A stretch of 56,216 nucleotides of DNA, counting the filler, from Jimgerdemannia flammicorona (taxonomy: Eukaryota), in assembly GCA_003990765.1 (NCBI GenBank). It is 3 parts of 3 records of this genome, joined end to end, with 100 filler letters (N's around TTAATTAATTAA, not from the genome) between each part and the next. Parts side by side here need not be neighbours in the genome. Positions count along the whole stretch, not along the records: positions 37,545 to 56,216 come from RBNJ01002142.1; 2 more parts are not named here. One strand, written 5' to 3'. Positions 37,545 to 47,016 of this stretch are shown here, piece by piece. The position numbers and the translations under genes are program-made. Position 1 is the stretch's first letter, and each line of letters begins with the position of its first letter. The notes under the pieces are model-generated. The model did not search any database. It was not told the DNA's origin and saw only the letters and a program-made list of their open reading frames with translations.

Positions 37545-37849
37545 TGTACTCTTTTTGCAATCGTAATTTGAATGTAGGAGAGCTGACATTCCTTGATCCA
37601 GTCTTCTTTTCCCATCTTTGGTTTTGAATTCAGTAGCTGTCCCAACTTGAAGTATTCCTGGAACTCGGTTCGGTTCTGGTAGGTCTTGAAATGTGAGATT
37701 CATGATAAGTGCGTCTGCACTATACTCTGGATGCTGTCGAAGGATTCCTCCATCATTGGTGGCTCAGTGGAACACCACTGTCTTTCTATAGCTCACTGGG
37801 CCATACTAGTGATCTTGAGGGCAGCAGCATTACTTCGTTGACTGGTCAT
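37545..37849 (-). pseudogene. Gypsy-B accessory ORF after integrase (partial; two in-frame TGA)
   Basis: From ATG 37849: MTSQRSNAAALKITSMAQ*AIERQW...HLS*ISHFKTYQNRTEFQEYFKLGQLLNSKPKMGKEDWIKECQLSYIQITIAKRV, running into the gap; similar to the LTR ORF at 45362. Confidence 0.7.
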
Positions 37850-39032
37850 GATACTTCTTGATTCGGTTTCGGTGAATGGTAGTAGGGATGATTGTGCCTG
37901 AGAGTTTTCGTAGCCAAAAGGTGGTCCCTTTTATATCTTGCACCAGATAAGGTCCTTCCCACTTAGGCTCCAGCTTTCGTGACCATGAAGCTTCTACCAT
38001 GTTCCGATACACCAGGACTTTGTCTCCTATCTTGATAATCTCCAGGGGCTTGTGAGTCTTTTCTGCATTACTCCATTGTAATGTCTGCGCCTTGTTTATA
38101 TAATCCTCAGCCTTCTTCCTTATTTGGTGCAGTTTCCGTATCTCTGTGTCCACTCGTTTCCATACAGCATCTGCATTGGATGATAGGGTTCCTTGAGAAC
38201 TTTCTTCTCCGAATAGCATTTCTCGAGGAGTGAAGTGGGTACTTTATGATCTGATATCCCGGAGAGCAGATAATGCTATTGGCAGATAGTGATCCCAGTT
38301 TTCATAGTTATCACAGATCTTGGCGATAATATTCTTGAGAGTCTTGTTGGTCCTTTCTGCTTGTCTGTTTCCTTGAGGGTGATAGGCTGTAGTCTGAATG
38401 TGCTAGATCTTGTACTTCTTGTAGAGAACCTCAAAGACCTGGTTCACGAATTCTGTTCCTCTGTCTGTAGTTACTTGCATTGGGGTCTTGAACCGGCAGA
38501 TGATTTCTTTGTAGAAGAAATCAGCAATTGACTGTACATTGGCTTCCTTGAGGGGTCCTGCTTCTATCCACTTCGTAAAGAGGTCTACAATGACAATGAT
38601 GTATCAGTTGCCGGTCAAGGTCAGGGGTAGGGGGCCAATTACATCCATTGCTATGTGGGCAAATAGTATCGGTTCTATATGTGCTGATCCCGGGGCTTGG
38701 TTCTGTTGGTCTTGTTTTTGTTTCTGGCATTTGTCACATGTTTTGACAAATTGTCTGATATCTTCCTCCATTCCTGGCCACCATATTGTTCTTCTTGCTT
38801 TATTGTATGTATTGGTTCCTCCTAGATGGCCGAGTTCATGTACTGATTTCATTGCTTGCTCCTTCCTGTGTTCTGGTATGACTAGTAGTTTTCCTTTCCT
38901 CAGTGTTTCTCCATCAGTTTCGAATTGTTTCCATGTCCTGTTGATAATTGTTTGTATCCATTCTTCCAGATGTTGGGGCATCTTTCGCTGTCCCAGATAT
39001 GTGATGATTCCGTAGTAGAGCTCCTTATTCAT
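37830..39032 (-). pseudogene. Gypsy-B integrase (separate reading frame, a few stops)
   Basis: MNKELYYG...HELGH...CDKC zinc finger, MDVIGPLP core, KLEPKWEGPY C-terminus; no chromodomain. Confidence 0.9.
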
Positions 39033-39039
39033 AATTGAT

Positions 39040-42012
39040 TCATTGGTTGGGGGTGTTTCGGGGTGTCCGTGAGAGAGCATCTGCATTGGAATTTGTTCTT
39101 CCAGGGCAGTGTACAATGGTTACATCATAGGCTTGTAACTTCATTATCCATCTGGCATAGATTCCCTTGGGTTGTCCAGTTGTCAGTAGCCAGGTGAGAG
39201 CTGAGTGGTCCATCTGAATGGTGAAGTGTCTTCCAGCCAGGTAGTAGTGGAACTTTTCCACAGCCCAGATGACTGCGAGACATTCCAACTTGTAGGATTC
39301 GTATTCTTTTTCGGCTCCTCGGGTTCCGCGGCTAAGATATGCAATGACATACTCCTTTTTGTCTTCCTTTTGAGCTAGGACTGCTCCTAGTCTCTGTACA
39401 CTTGCATCAGTCTGCAGGATGAATTCTTGAGTCCAATTGGGTTGTCTGAGGATGGGTGCCTGGGTCAGTCTGACCTTGAGTTCATCAAATGCTTTTTGTT
39501 GTCTGCCAGTCCACTGGAACTTGATGTCTTTTTTGTTGAGTTCGTAGATTGGACCTGCGATGTTGGAAAATCCTCTGATAAATCTACAATAGTAGGAGGC
39601 AAGTCCCATGAAGGCTTGGGCTTCCGTCACAGTGGTGGGCCTTAGGTATGCTGCTACTGCTTGTATCTTGAGGGGGTCTGTGTGTGTTCCATCTCGATTG
39701 ATAATGTGGCCAAGATAGGAGATTTCGATTTCTGCAAACTTGCATTTCTTGGGCTTGATGTACAGGCCATGCTTTCTCAGACTTTCCATTATCTGCTGTA
39801 TGTGCTGCAGGTGTTCCTCGGGTGTCTTGCTGTAGATGATTACATCATCCACATAAACCATCATCCATTTTCCCATATCATGGCGGAAGATTTTGTTCAT
39901 CATTCGCTGGAAGCTTGCTGGTGCATTGCACATCCCAAATGGCATTCGCAGGTAGATGTAGGTTCCATCTGGGGTTATGAAGGCTGACTTTTCGCTTGCC
40001 GTTTCTGTGGGTCCGATTTGGTGGAATCCTGAGTATAAGTCCAAGGTGCTGTAGTACTGTGCTTCATCTCCCAGTGTTATAAGGATGTCGCTGATGAGGA
40101 GCAGTGGTTGGCAATCTTTCTTGGTAACTGCATTGAGCTTTCTGTAGTCGACACAGAGTCTTGGGGCAAATTCTCCAGGCTTGCTTCCTTTTTTCAGGGC
40201 TAGTACAACTGGTGAAGACCAGGGGCTACTGGCTTCTTTGATAATACCGGCTTCTTCCATCTGCTTGATTTCTTCTCTGAGCCATTCCTGGTAGGCTGGC
40301 GGGACAGGTCTTGCTTTTTGGTAAATTGGTTCGGTGTCTCCAGTATCTACCTCATGATAGTAGTGTGGTGTTTTTCCTTTGATATCCTTGAAGTCTGTGG
40401 CAAGGACATCCTCGAATTCATGGAGTATTTTCTTGAGTTCCTCCTTGAGTGGGAATTCGTTTCCAATGGTATAGCTATGCTTGTTTGTGGTTTCCTCCTT
40501 CTTATGCTCCAGTTCAGTGATCTTGGTACTGGCAAATACTCCTTTTCCTGTGGATCCGAATCCTTTTTTTCCTCTTTTCGTTTCCTCCAACTTCTTGACT
40601 TCTATGATCTTTGGTTGTCGGACTTGGAAGATCAATATCTGTGCCAGTTGGTCCTTCTTCTTGATTGGGAATGGAATAGTAGGATTGTGATTCCTAGCGA
40701 TGAGTAGTATTTCTCCAATGTAGTCTGAATCGATGACTCCTCCTTCAATCATAATTTTACTTCTTGCCAAACTGCTTCTTGTCTTGAGGATCCCAACATG
40801 ATTTTTTGGGATGGTCATCTCCAGGCCAGTTGCAAGTAGAGTAGTTGTCTGGGGTTCAAGTACAGTTTCCTCTACTGTAGTGATATCCATTCCGGCTGCA
40901 TTTTCCGATTTGTATTCTGGCAGGACTGCATCAGGGTGAATCTTCTGGATTTTGACCTTGATTTCTTCTTCGTCATCACTGTCTTCCAGGAGGGCTGGTG
41001 GTTCGTCATCTTCCTCCTTGTCTTTTTCCTCTTTGGCTTGCTCCTTGAGAGTCTTTTCTCTTCTTTGGTGATGGATTTCCTTGATTTTGCTGGTGCACTG
41101 GTAGCACTCATTGACATGCTCCATACAGTACATTCGAATCCCATGTGGGCAGACTCCTTGTGGTGCATATCCTTCTGCGATCTTCTTGCACCATTCTTCT
41201 TCACTCATCCATCTGACTTTCTTCTTCTTTTTCTGTGTGGTCACTATGTAAGCTTCTTCTTGCTCATCTTCCTCCATCTCGGGGAGCACTCCTTTGTTGA
41301 CATTGATGGGAATTCGCATCTTCTGACCTCGGTAGATAATCTGCATCTTCTGAGCATTCAGGTCGATTATTGCCCTGGCTTTATGAAGCCACTGGTTGCC
41401 AATAAGAATGTCATAGTTGGTTGCATTGGTTACTATCACATCCACTGGAATAGTTGCTCCTCCAAACTTGATGGGAACATCTCGGATTTTTCCCAAAGGG
41501 GTGGCTCTTGTACCATCTGCTGTGACAAACACCAATTTGGTTGCTTCTTCAACCTCCCATCCCAGGTGGTCTACTGCCTTCTTGCTGAGGAGGCATCCTC
41601 CTGCTCCTGTATCTATGATGGCTTCAAAGATTCTGTCTTCGATTTGGCAGATTGCATAGGCGGAAGTCTTGTGGTTGTCTTCACTTTCTTCTCCAGAATC
41701 TTCTTGAACATTGTTGGCTTCAGTTATCTTCCAACCCTGCTCCTTGGTTGTTTCGGCAAGTCCAAATCTCATTTGCTGTCTAAACGTAGGAATTTCTGCG
41801 AGCTGGCCGAAGGTTGCATTGACTTTTTGTTGGCTGAGATCCTTGAAGATATCATACTTGAAGGTCTTGGTTTTGCGAAGCTTCTTCTCCTTTTCTCCTT
41901 CACTGGCTGGAGTAGTTCCTTGGATGATATCTTGAACTGCTTGTTCAAGCTCTATATCTTGATCCATTTCTTCGGCTTGGCTTTCCATGGCTGTTTCCAT
42001 CTGTTTTTCCAC
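39040..42012 (-). CDS. Gypsy-B pol segment: protease-dUTPase-RT-RNase H (990 aa open; same frame as gag)
   Basis: IIDTGA; AAGMD/RSS/GVIDSDY/AQ/RGKKGFGSTG; RLCVDYRKLN, MPFG, YVDD; TDAS, ADALSR. Confidence 0.93.
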   Translation of the reverse strand: MEKQMETAMESQAEEMDQDIELEQAVQDIIQGTTPASEGEKEKKLRKTKTFKYDIFKDLSQQKVNATFGQLAEIPTFRQQMRFGLAETTKEQGWKITEANNVQEDSGEESEDNHKTSAYAICQIEDRIFEAIIDTGAGGCLLSKKAVDHLGWEVEEATKLVFVTADGTRATPLGKIRDVPIKFGGATIPVDVIVTNATNYDILIGNQWLHKARAIIDLNAQKMQIIYRGQKMRIPINVNKGVLPEMEEDEQEEAYIVTTQKKKKKVRWMSEEEWCKKIAEGYAPQGVCPHGIRMYCMEHVNECYQCTSKIKEIHHQRREKTLKEQAKEEKDKEEDDEPPALLEDSDDEEEIKVKIQKIHPDAVLPEYKSENAAGMDITTVEETVLEPQTTTLLATGLEMTIPKNHVGILKTRSSLARSKIMIEGGVIDSDYIGEILLIARNHNPTIPFPIKKKDQLAQILIFQVRQPKIIEVKKLEETKRGKKGFGSTGKGVFASTKITELEHKKEETTNKHSYTIGNEFPLKEELKKILHEFEDVLATDFKDIKGKTPHYYHEVDTGDTEPIYQKARPVPPAYQEWLREEIKQMEEAGIIKEASSPWSSPVVLALKKGSKPGEFAPRLCVDYRKLNAVTKKDCQPLLLISDILITLGDEAQYYSTLDLYSGFHQIGPTETASEKSAFITPDGTYIYLRMPFGMCNAPASFQRMMNKIFRHDMGKWMMVYVDDVIIYSKTPEEHLQHIQQIMESLRKHGLYIKPKKCKFAEIEISYLGHIINRDGTHTDPLKIQAVAAYLRPTTVTEAQAFMGLASYYCRFIRGFSNIAGPIYELNKKDIKFQWTGRQQKAFDELKVRLTQAPILRQPNWTQEFILQTDASVQRLGAVLAQKEDKKEYVIAYLSRGTRGAEKEYESYKLECLAVIWAVEKFHYYLAGRHFTIQMDHSALTWLLTTGQPKGIYARWIMKLQAYDVTIVHCPGRTNSNADALSRTPRNTPNQ

Positions 42013-42144
42013 CAGGTTCTTCTTGGGTCTTCCTGGTGGTCTCTTGTAGGGTTCCTTGTGAACATCCTTCTTGGTAGTCTGTGCAGGGTAGGCCTCCCAT
42101 TCTTCGTCTGACTCTCCAATTTTCTCAAAGGTGATGATGTTGGC

Positions 42145-43014
42145 CTATTCCTTGTTTTTAGTAGCATTGCTCAGCTGGGCCTTGTGCTTAGTTTCACTCA
42201 TACATTCATATGAGTAGTGGCCTTCTTCTCCACAGCTATAGCAGGTACCTTTCTTCTTGTCTGAGGTGGCGGCAAACTTCTGAATCGGGTGGCGATCTCT
42301 TCCTCTAATTTCTTTTACTACATCCCCTAGGTGAGCAGTCATTTTGGCGAACTGCTTGGCAAGCTCCTCCATGGGGTTGCTGTTTCTCTACTACTCTGTA
42401 GCTCTCATTTGAGGTGTGTTTCGATTGATCATTGTGGTGGGGATCATACTGGTTGCCTTGGGTGCTTCAATTCTAACTCCAGTGACTCTTTCCATTGTGT
42501 GGTCTTGTGGGTGTCTGGCTATCCAATATCGCTGAGCATAGGTGACCTTCTGTGGCAGATCCAGAACTACTGGTGATGAGCGAATAGCCATAGCTATCTC
42601 TAGATGGACTCCTTTCATGAAGCTTGCTTCAGCTACTTGATCTCGGATAGCATCAGCATAATCTGCGAGAATTATCTGATATCGGATTCAGGTGTAGAAT
42701 GTGTTTGGATCCTTGCTCATTCCTTGGCATGTTGTATTGAGCTGATCCTTCAGGGCTTGCTTAATCTCCTCTGTGTAGTAGGTATTTTGAAGCCAGGTCT
42801 TCTGTGCTGTCAGTATGACATAAGCATCATTTCCTGCATGGGTTGCGGCTGTGAATACTGCTCTGGCAGGACCTCATAGACTGAAGGGCATGAGGGCTAC
42901 TTGCTGTGCTGCTGTCAGGGTTCTTACAGCGGCGTACTGCTCGAAATCATCGATGAAAGTGATGATTGATTCATCTGAGGTATATCCATGGAATACTGGT
43001 GGTCTCATATCCAT
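42145..43014 (-). pseudogene. Gypsy-B gag (few disruptions)
   Basis: Starts MDMRPPVFHG; CCHC knuckle; the TAG at 42145 aligns with a Gln codon in family C (REQTN), implying a single gag-pol frame. Confidence 0.85.
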
Positions 43015-43109
43015 CTTGTCTTGGTTTCTTGCCTCGGTTTGTATGGTTGTTTGGGTGGTGGCGGTTGTTCATTGTTCAGCTTGAAAGTGAGGGATTCGTC
43101 TTGAATCAC

Positions 43110-43125
43110 CAGCCAATGGGCACCA
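43110..43125 (-). promoter_or_regulatory. Primer binding site of Gypsy-B (tRNA not assigned)
   Basis: TGGTGCCCATTGGCTG begins 3 nt after the LTR terminal CA; nearly the same at 46900. Confidence 0.7.
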
Positions 43126-43128
43126 AGT

Positions 43129-43592
43129 TGTAACGTAGCAGACGCTTACTCTTGAAAGTACGTCAGATTTCTGTATCTTGAATACTTGATCTTCTCTGAC
43201 TCCTCGGAGTCCTTGGGATGCAGGGGTGGGTGAGTTCGAAGTGTATCTGCCCGCAGGCTTACTAGTTCCTTTGCTTTCTCTTTGCTTTAAACTATTTCAA
43301 TCTGAGGTTTATTCACTCGAAGATACTGGGTTATTTATACAAGTTTGCTAGCTATAAGGTGGCTAAGTGGTGAGTCATTCTGCAAGTATCGCATCTTTCA
43401 ATATCTGCTAGGATTTCACTGATTGCAAACATTCTAACATCTCCTAAATCTTTGCAAACATTAAAGTTTCTGCACTTTGCAGAATATGACTGCTATTTAT
43501 GTGGCTAAACTATATTGGGAATCAGATTCAGGTACCGCGATCAAATGTCTAATTTCCCTGTTTCATGTTACTAATTCGGATCAACTGTCACA
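43129..43592 (-). repeat. Gypsy-B 5' LTR (464 bp)
   Basis: tgtga...ttaca ends; homologous to 27234-27710; TATA, AATAAA and TCAG core at 43339-43301. Confidence 0.88.
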
Positions 43593-45120
43593 ATATGAAA
43601 GTCATTCTATTAGTATAGTGTTGAATATATATATAGTTATCTACTTTACAGTATATAAAGTCATTGTTAAAGAGATATTTATTGATTTTCTATTTCACAA
43701 ACAGACTGCTTACTTAATACTATATAATTCTTTATATAGTTTATATAATAGTTCATTCTACTTATCATTCTGCTAATATCCTTATAATTGGTAAATGTAT
43801 AACTCTATATCTATATCATTATTGAGAAAGATCATCTTTACATCTATCTGATGGATTTTCAGATTATATATAATACTGATTGCAAGAAGTATTCTTAGTA
43901 AAGTAAGCTTGAATATTGGTAAAAATATCTCACCATAGTCTATACTATAATTTTGCAAATTATTCTTAGCTATAAAATGTACTTTATATTACTCTATACT
44001 TCTATCACTCTTATGCTTAATTTTATAGATCTAATGAGATCTTATAACTTATTGATTGATCAGAAGAATACCAGATCTAATATACTATTCTTGATAAGTA
44101 AATTATATTCTTCATCTATAGCTTACTTCTATCTCTTATTGTCAGGAGAAGTTATCACTTTGTTGTATATTCTTAGCTCACTAGAAGTTACAATAAATGT
44201 ATATTTGTATATCTTAGTATAGCTTATATAGTCCTTATATTAAGAGATCTTTAGTATATTCTAATAACTTCTAAATTAGAATAAGTCTCATTTCTGAGCT
44301 TATGCTTTGACTTTTCCCTATCTTTGATAGACCTTTTGTTATCAGAAGTTTTATCACTCTTAATCTCTATTATTCTGAACTCAGATATATATAGTAATTG
44401 AAAATAATTTTAACTTATCAGAGAGGTTGATACTGAATGTTATACTGGTTGAAATGTAGATGTTAAAGTAGAGGTCAGGACAGATATATCTATGTGAATC
44501 TCTTTATTATTTTCTTTTTCATTGAACTATATGTTATATAAGATTAATGTATAATATTTATATAAATTTCACAATCTATACAATTTTCTATTATATCTAA
44601 GGAATATATACTCATCACTCTTAGGCTCAAATTTATACTGATTCTCTCCTTTTTCCAGAATATAGACTTTGTATCCAAATATATATAGATATAAAATTTT
44701 TAGCTTTATTCTGCTCCATAACTCCTCAGGAGTAAGATCGTGATTATTTCTGAATTACTTATTATTGTTATCAGATTCCTTACTCAATACTTAAGATATA
44801 TATCAGTTGTAGATATATATATATATTACTATATTGATAGTTTCAGTCTAATAAGAATATAATAGTCTAGCTATATTGATTATTATATATATCATTTTCA
44901 CAGCTATATAGTTAAATTGCTCAGCTATATCATTCTGCTGAGACATATATAGAGCTATTTATTGTGATAAACAGAAGAAGCAATTTATTCAAAAATACAT
45001 ATATTGTATATTTCATATATTACTGATGAATGACATAAAACTGATGAAATGGTATAAGCATAAAGTCATATACCTATATATTGAGTTACTATTCCAATAC
45101 TGTTATTTAATGATATACAT
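43593..45120 (-). pseudogene. Heavily mutated Ty1/copia relic (integrase core then RT)
   Basis: Minus-strand translation gives IALYMSQQNDIAEQFN (copia TAPYTPQQNGVAERxN) near 44960-44910, and IDYGEIFLPIFKLTLLRILLA...IHQIDVKMIFLN near 43945-43820. Confidence 0.8.
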
Positions 45121-45361
45121 TGTAATGGTGACCCCAGAATGATGACATCAGCACAGGAGATAGCCTTTCCTTGCAAGCCACCAGATCGGAGCACAAGAAG
45201 ATTATACAGCATATGAGATGAGTAGTGATGACCAACTGTGAGTCATTGTGACCATGGTATGGTATCTGGAGGAATATAAAAGAAGGATCAAGGAACTGCA
45301 GTAGCAGCAATCAACAAGACCCACTAATCCCAAAATAGCTCAAAGATTTACCACAAATGAA

Positions 45362-46174
45362 ATGCCTGCTGCCCGCCAAATCTCAAGGTCAAGAAATCAC
45401 CAAGATATCTCAGTCAAGGAAAGAATGTTCCAAGACATCAGAAGAGCCATGAGGACCTGCTCAATAAGGACTCCTAGTGTCAACCTGGGTACTGTAGATC
45501 CCTATTACTTTATCCTCTACTGCCATGAAATAGAAACAAGGATCACCATTGCTACTGAATGCCTCCAAATTTGGCAAGAGTATGAAATAGGAAACCTCCT
45601 CTGCCAGGAGTTCCCACAGGCCAGCACTCAAGAGCTACAAGATGCCACTCCCATGGACATACGCAAAACAAGGACAGCTAAGAAGATCCATCAGATCTTC
45701 TGGCATGCACCATGGTCAATCCCCAACTTAGAGTATGTTAGAGTCTCAGATTTCAGAGATCTGTCATCTCACTGTATCAATGCACTAGAAGCCAGGGTGG
45801 CTACAGAAGCCCAGTCCACTATTACCCTCAACAGTGAAGAAGTAGAAAACTTCTGGCATCCCATCCTTCAGGACAACCCAGACCAATTCCTGCAAGGATT
45901 GATCTCAGTATTCCAAGGCCCAAGCATCCAGGTTAGACCTCCCCAAGACCCCATATTTGTTCCCTATTTTGTGGAAGAGAACCTCATAGACTGGAGAGCT
46001 CCAGATCTCCTTGTTCTCAATTTCTCCGCCACCGAACATAATGACGTCATTGGCAATAACGTCATTCCACATGACATCGAAGCACACAAAAATGACGAAT
46101 TTGCAGATCTCATCTCCTTCAGTGATGATGATGATGATGATGAAGCCCCCATGATCCTGAAAATTCTGCTCTAA
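45362..46174 (+). CDS. LTR-encoded accessory protein of unknown function, 270 aa, acidic C-terminus
   Basis: Open frame inside the LTR; TATAAAA at 45275; same frame in all three LTR copies, with in-frame length differences. Confidence 0.8.
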   Translation: MPAARQISRSRNHQDISVKERMFQDIRRAMRTCSIRTPSVNLGTVDPYYFILYCHEIETRITIATECLQIWQEYEIGNLLCQEFPQASTQELQDATPMDIRKTRTAKKIHQIFWHAPWSIPNLEYVRVSDFRDLSSHCINALEARVATEAQSTITLNSEEVENFWHPILQDNPDQFLQGLISVFQGPSIQVRPPQDPIFVPYFVEENLIDWRAPDLLVLNFSATEHNDVIGNNVIPHDIEAHKNDEFADLISFSDDDDDDEAPMILKILL

Positions 46175-46185
46175 GTCCCATATTA

Positions 46186-46306
46186 CACTGAAGAATGCCA
46201 GCACCGGTATTTGATGTAATACTGAAGAATGCCAGTACTAGCATTTGATGTAACACTGAATAATGCCAGCACTGGCATTCTGAGGTAACACTGAATTATA
46301 CCAGCA
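46186..46306 (+). repeat. ~3.5 tandem 34-35 bp repeats, each containing an 18-bp palindrome
   Basis: Unit cactgaagaatgccagcactggcatttgatgtaa; also at 53630-53750 and 55623-55743. Confidence 0.85.
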
Positions 46307-46432
46307 TCCTGAATCTGTACAACCACCAGTGCCAACCTTGGAACTTAGTAGTTTTCCTATCCTGGCATTTTATTTTAGTTATTGGAATTTATATTTAGCT
46401 TTATATCTTAGTAATCATTAAATTATATTTTG

Positions 46433-46471
46433 TATAAATACTCCTCTTATTTCCTTTGAAATAAAGTCAGT
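46433..46471 (+). promoter_or_regulatory. Putative LTR core promoter/polyA module (TATAAATA-AATAAA-TCAGT)
   Basis: TATAAATA 46433, AATAAA 46460, TCAGT 46467; the same order occurs in family A (227-265) and family B LTRs. Confidence 0.55.
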
Positions 46472-46896
46472 TCTGGTTCACTTATATACTTCCTTGCAAG
46501 CAATCTAAGAGATAACAAGACAGTTTAAAGATAAGAAGTTTGAGGACTATAAGACCTTGGGAAGGCACTCCAATAAGAACTTACTTATAACAAACTTGTA
46601 GTTAGTCTAAGAGATATACCTTGAAGAGAATCTGATGTATTTGAAGGACTCAATGCCCACTATATGACAATGTGTATAATATAGTCTCCTCAGTTCTGGT
46701 TCACTTATGTATACACAATTCCTTGCAAGCAATCTAAGAGATAACAAGACAGTTAAAGATAAGAAGTTTGAGGACTATAAGACCTTGAGAAGGCACTCCA
46801 ATAAGAACTTACTTATAACAAACTTGAGTTAGTCTAAGAGATACACCTTGAAGAGAATCTGGCATATTTGAAGGACTCAGCGACCACTATGTGACA
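46467..46896 (+). repeat. Tandem duplication of the ~205-bp LTR 3' end (46467-46669 and 46690-46896)
   Basis: Both units start tcagttctggttcac and end cactat(a/g)tgaca; present in all three C LTRs. Confidence 0.9.
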
Positions 46897-46899
46897 ACT

Positions 46900-46915
46900 T
46901 GGTGTCCATTGGCTG
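46900..46915 (+). promoter_or_regulatory. Primer binding site of Gypsy-C
   Basis: TGGTGTCCATTGGCTG, 3 nt after the LTR end. Confidence 0.7.
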
Positions 46916-47016
46916 GTGATTCAAGATGAATCCCTCACTTTCAAGCTGAAAAACGAACAACCCCCACAACAACTACCCTGACTACAAGAGTCACTCCTGT
47001 AAGAATTCAAGACAAG

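Larger units (their letters stand above)
37545..43592 (-). mobile_element. Ty3/Gypsy LTR retrotransposon family B, nearly intact, 3' end in gap
   Basis: 464-bp TG...CA LTR, PBS, gag knuckle CYSCGEEGHYSYEC, PR IIDTGA, dUTPase, RT YVDD, RH TDAS, IN with GPY motif. Confidence 0.95.
45121..46896 (+). repeat. Gypsy-C 5' LTR (1776 bp)
   Basis: tgtaat...gtgaca, followed by the PBS; colinear with 52565-54336 and 54520-56216. Confidence 0.93.

Noticed and set aside
37497..37703. ORF-track call MNLTFQDLPEP...
   Set aside because: Probably the wrong frame and it extends into Ns; the neighbouring frame from ATG 37849 carries the conserved motif.
40936..42111. 391-aa hydrophobic antisense ORF over Gypsy-B pol
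   Set aside because: Mirror of the GAA/AAG-rich sense frame; not kept as one ORF in family C.
45362..46174. LTR ORF as env or as a captured host gene
   Set aside because: No signal peptide, furin site or TM segment; no recognisable host family; apparent homologs lie in other Gypsy elements here.
46186..46306. Palindromic ~35-bp repeats as a CRISPR array
   Set aside because: Units are contiguous with no unique spacers, there are no cas genes, and the context is a eukaryotic LTR.
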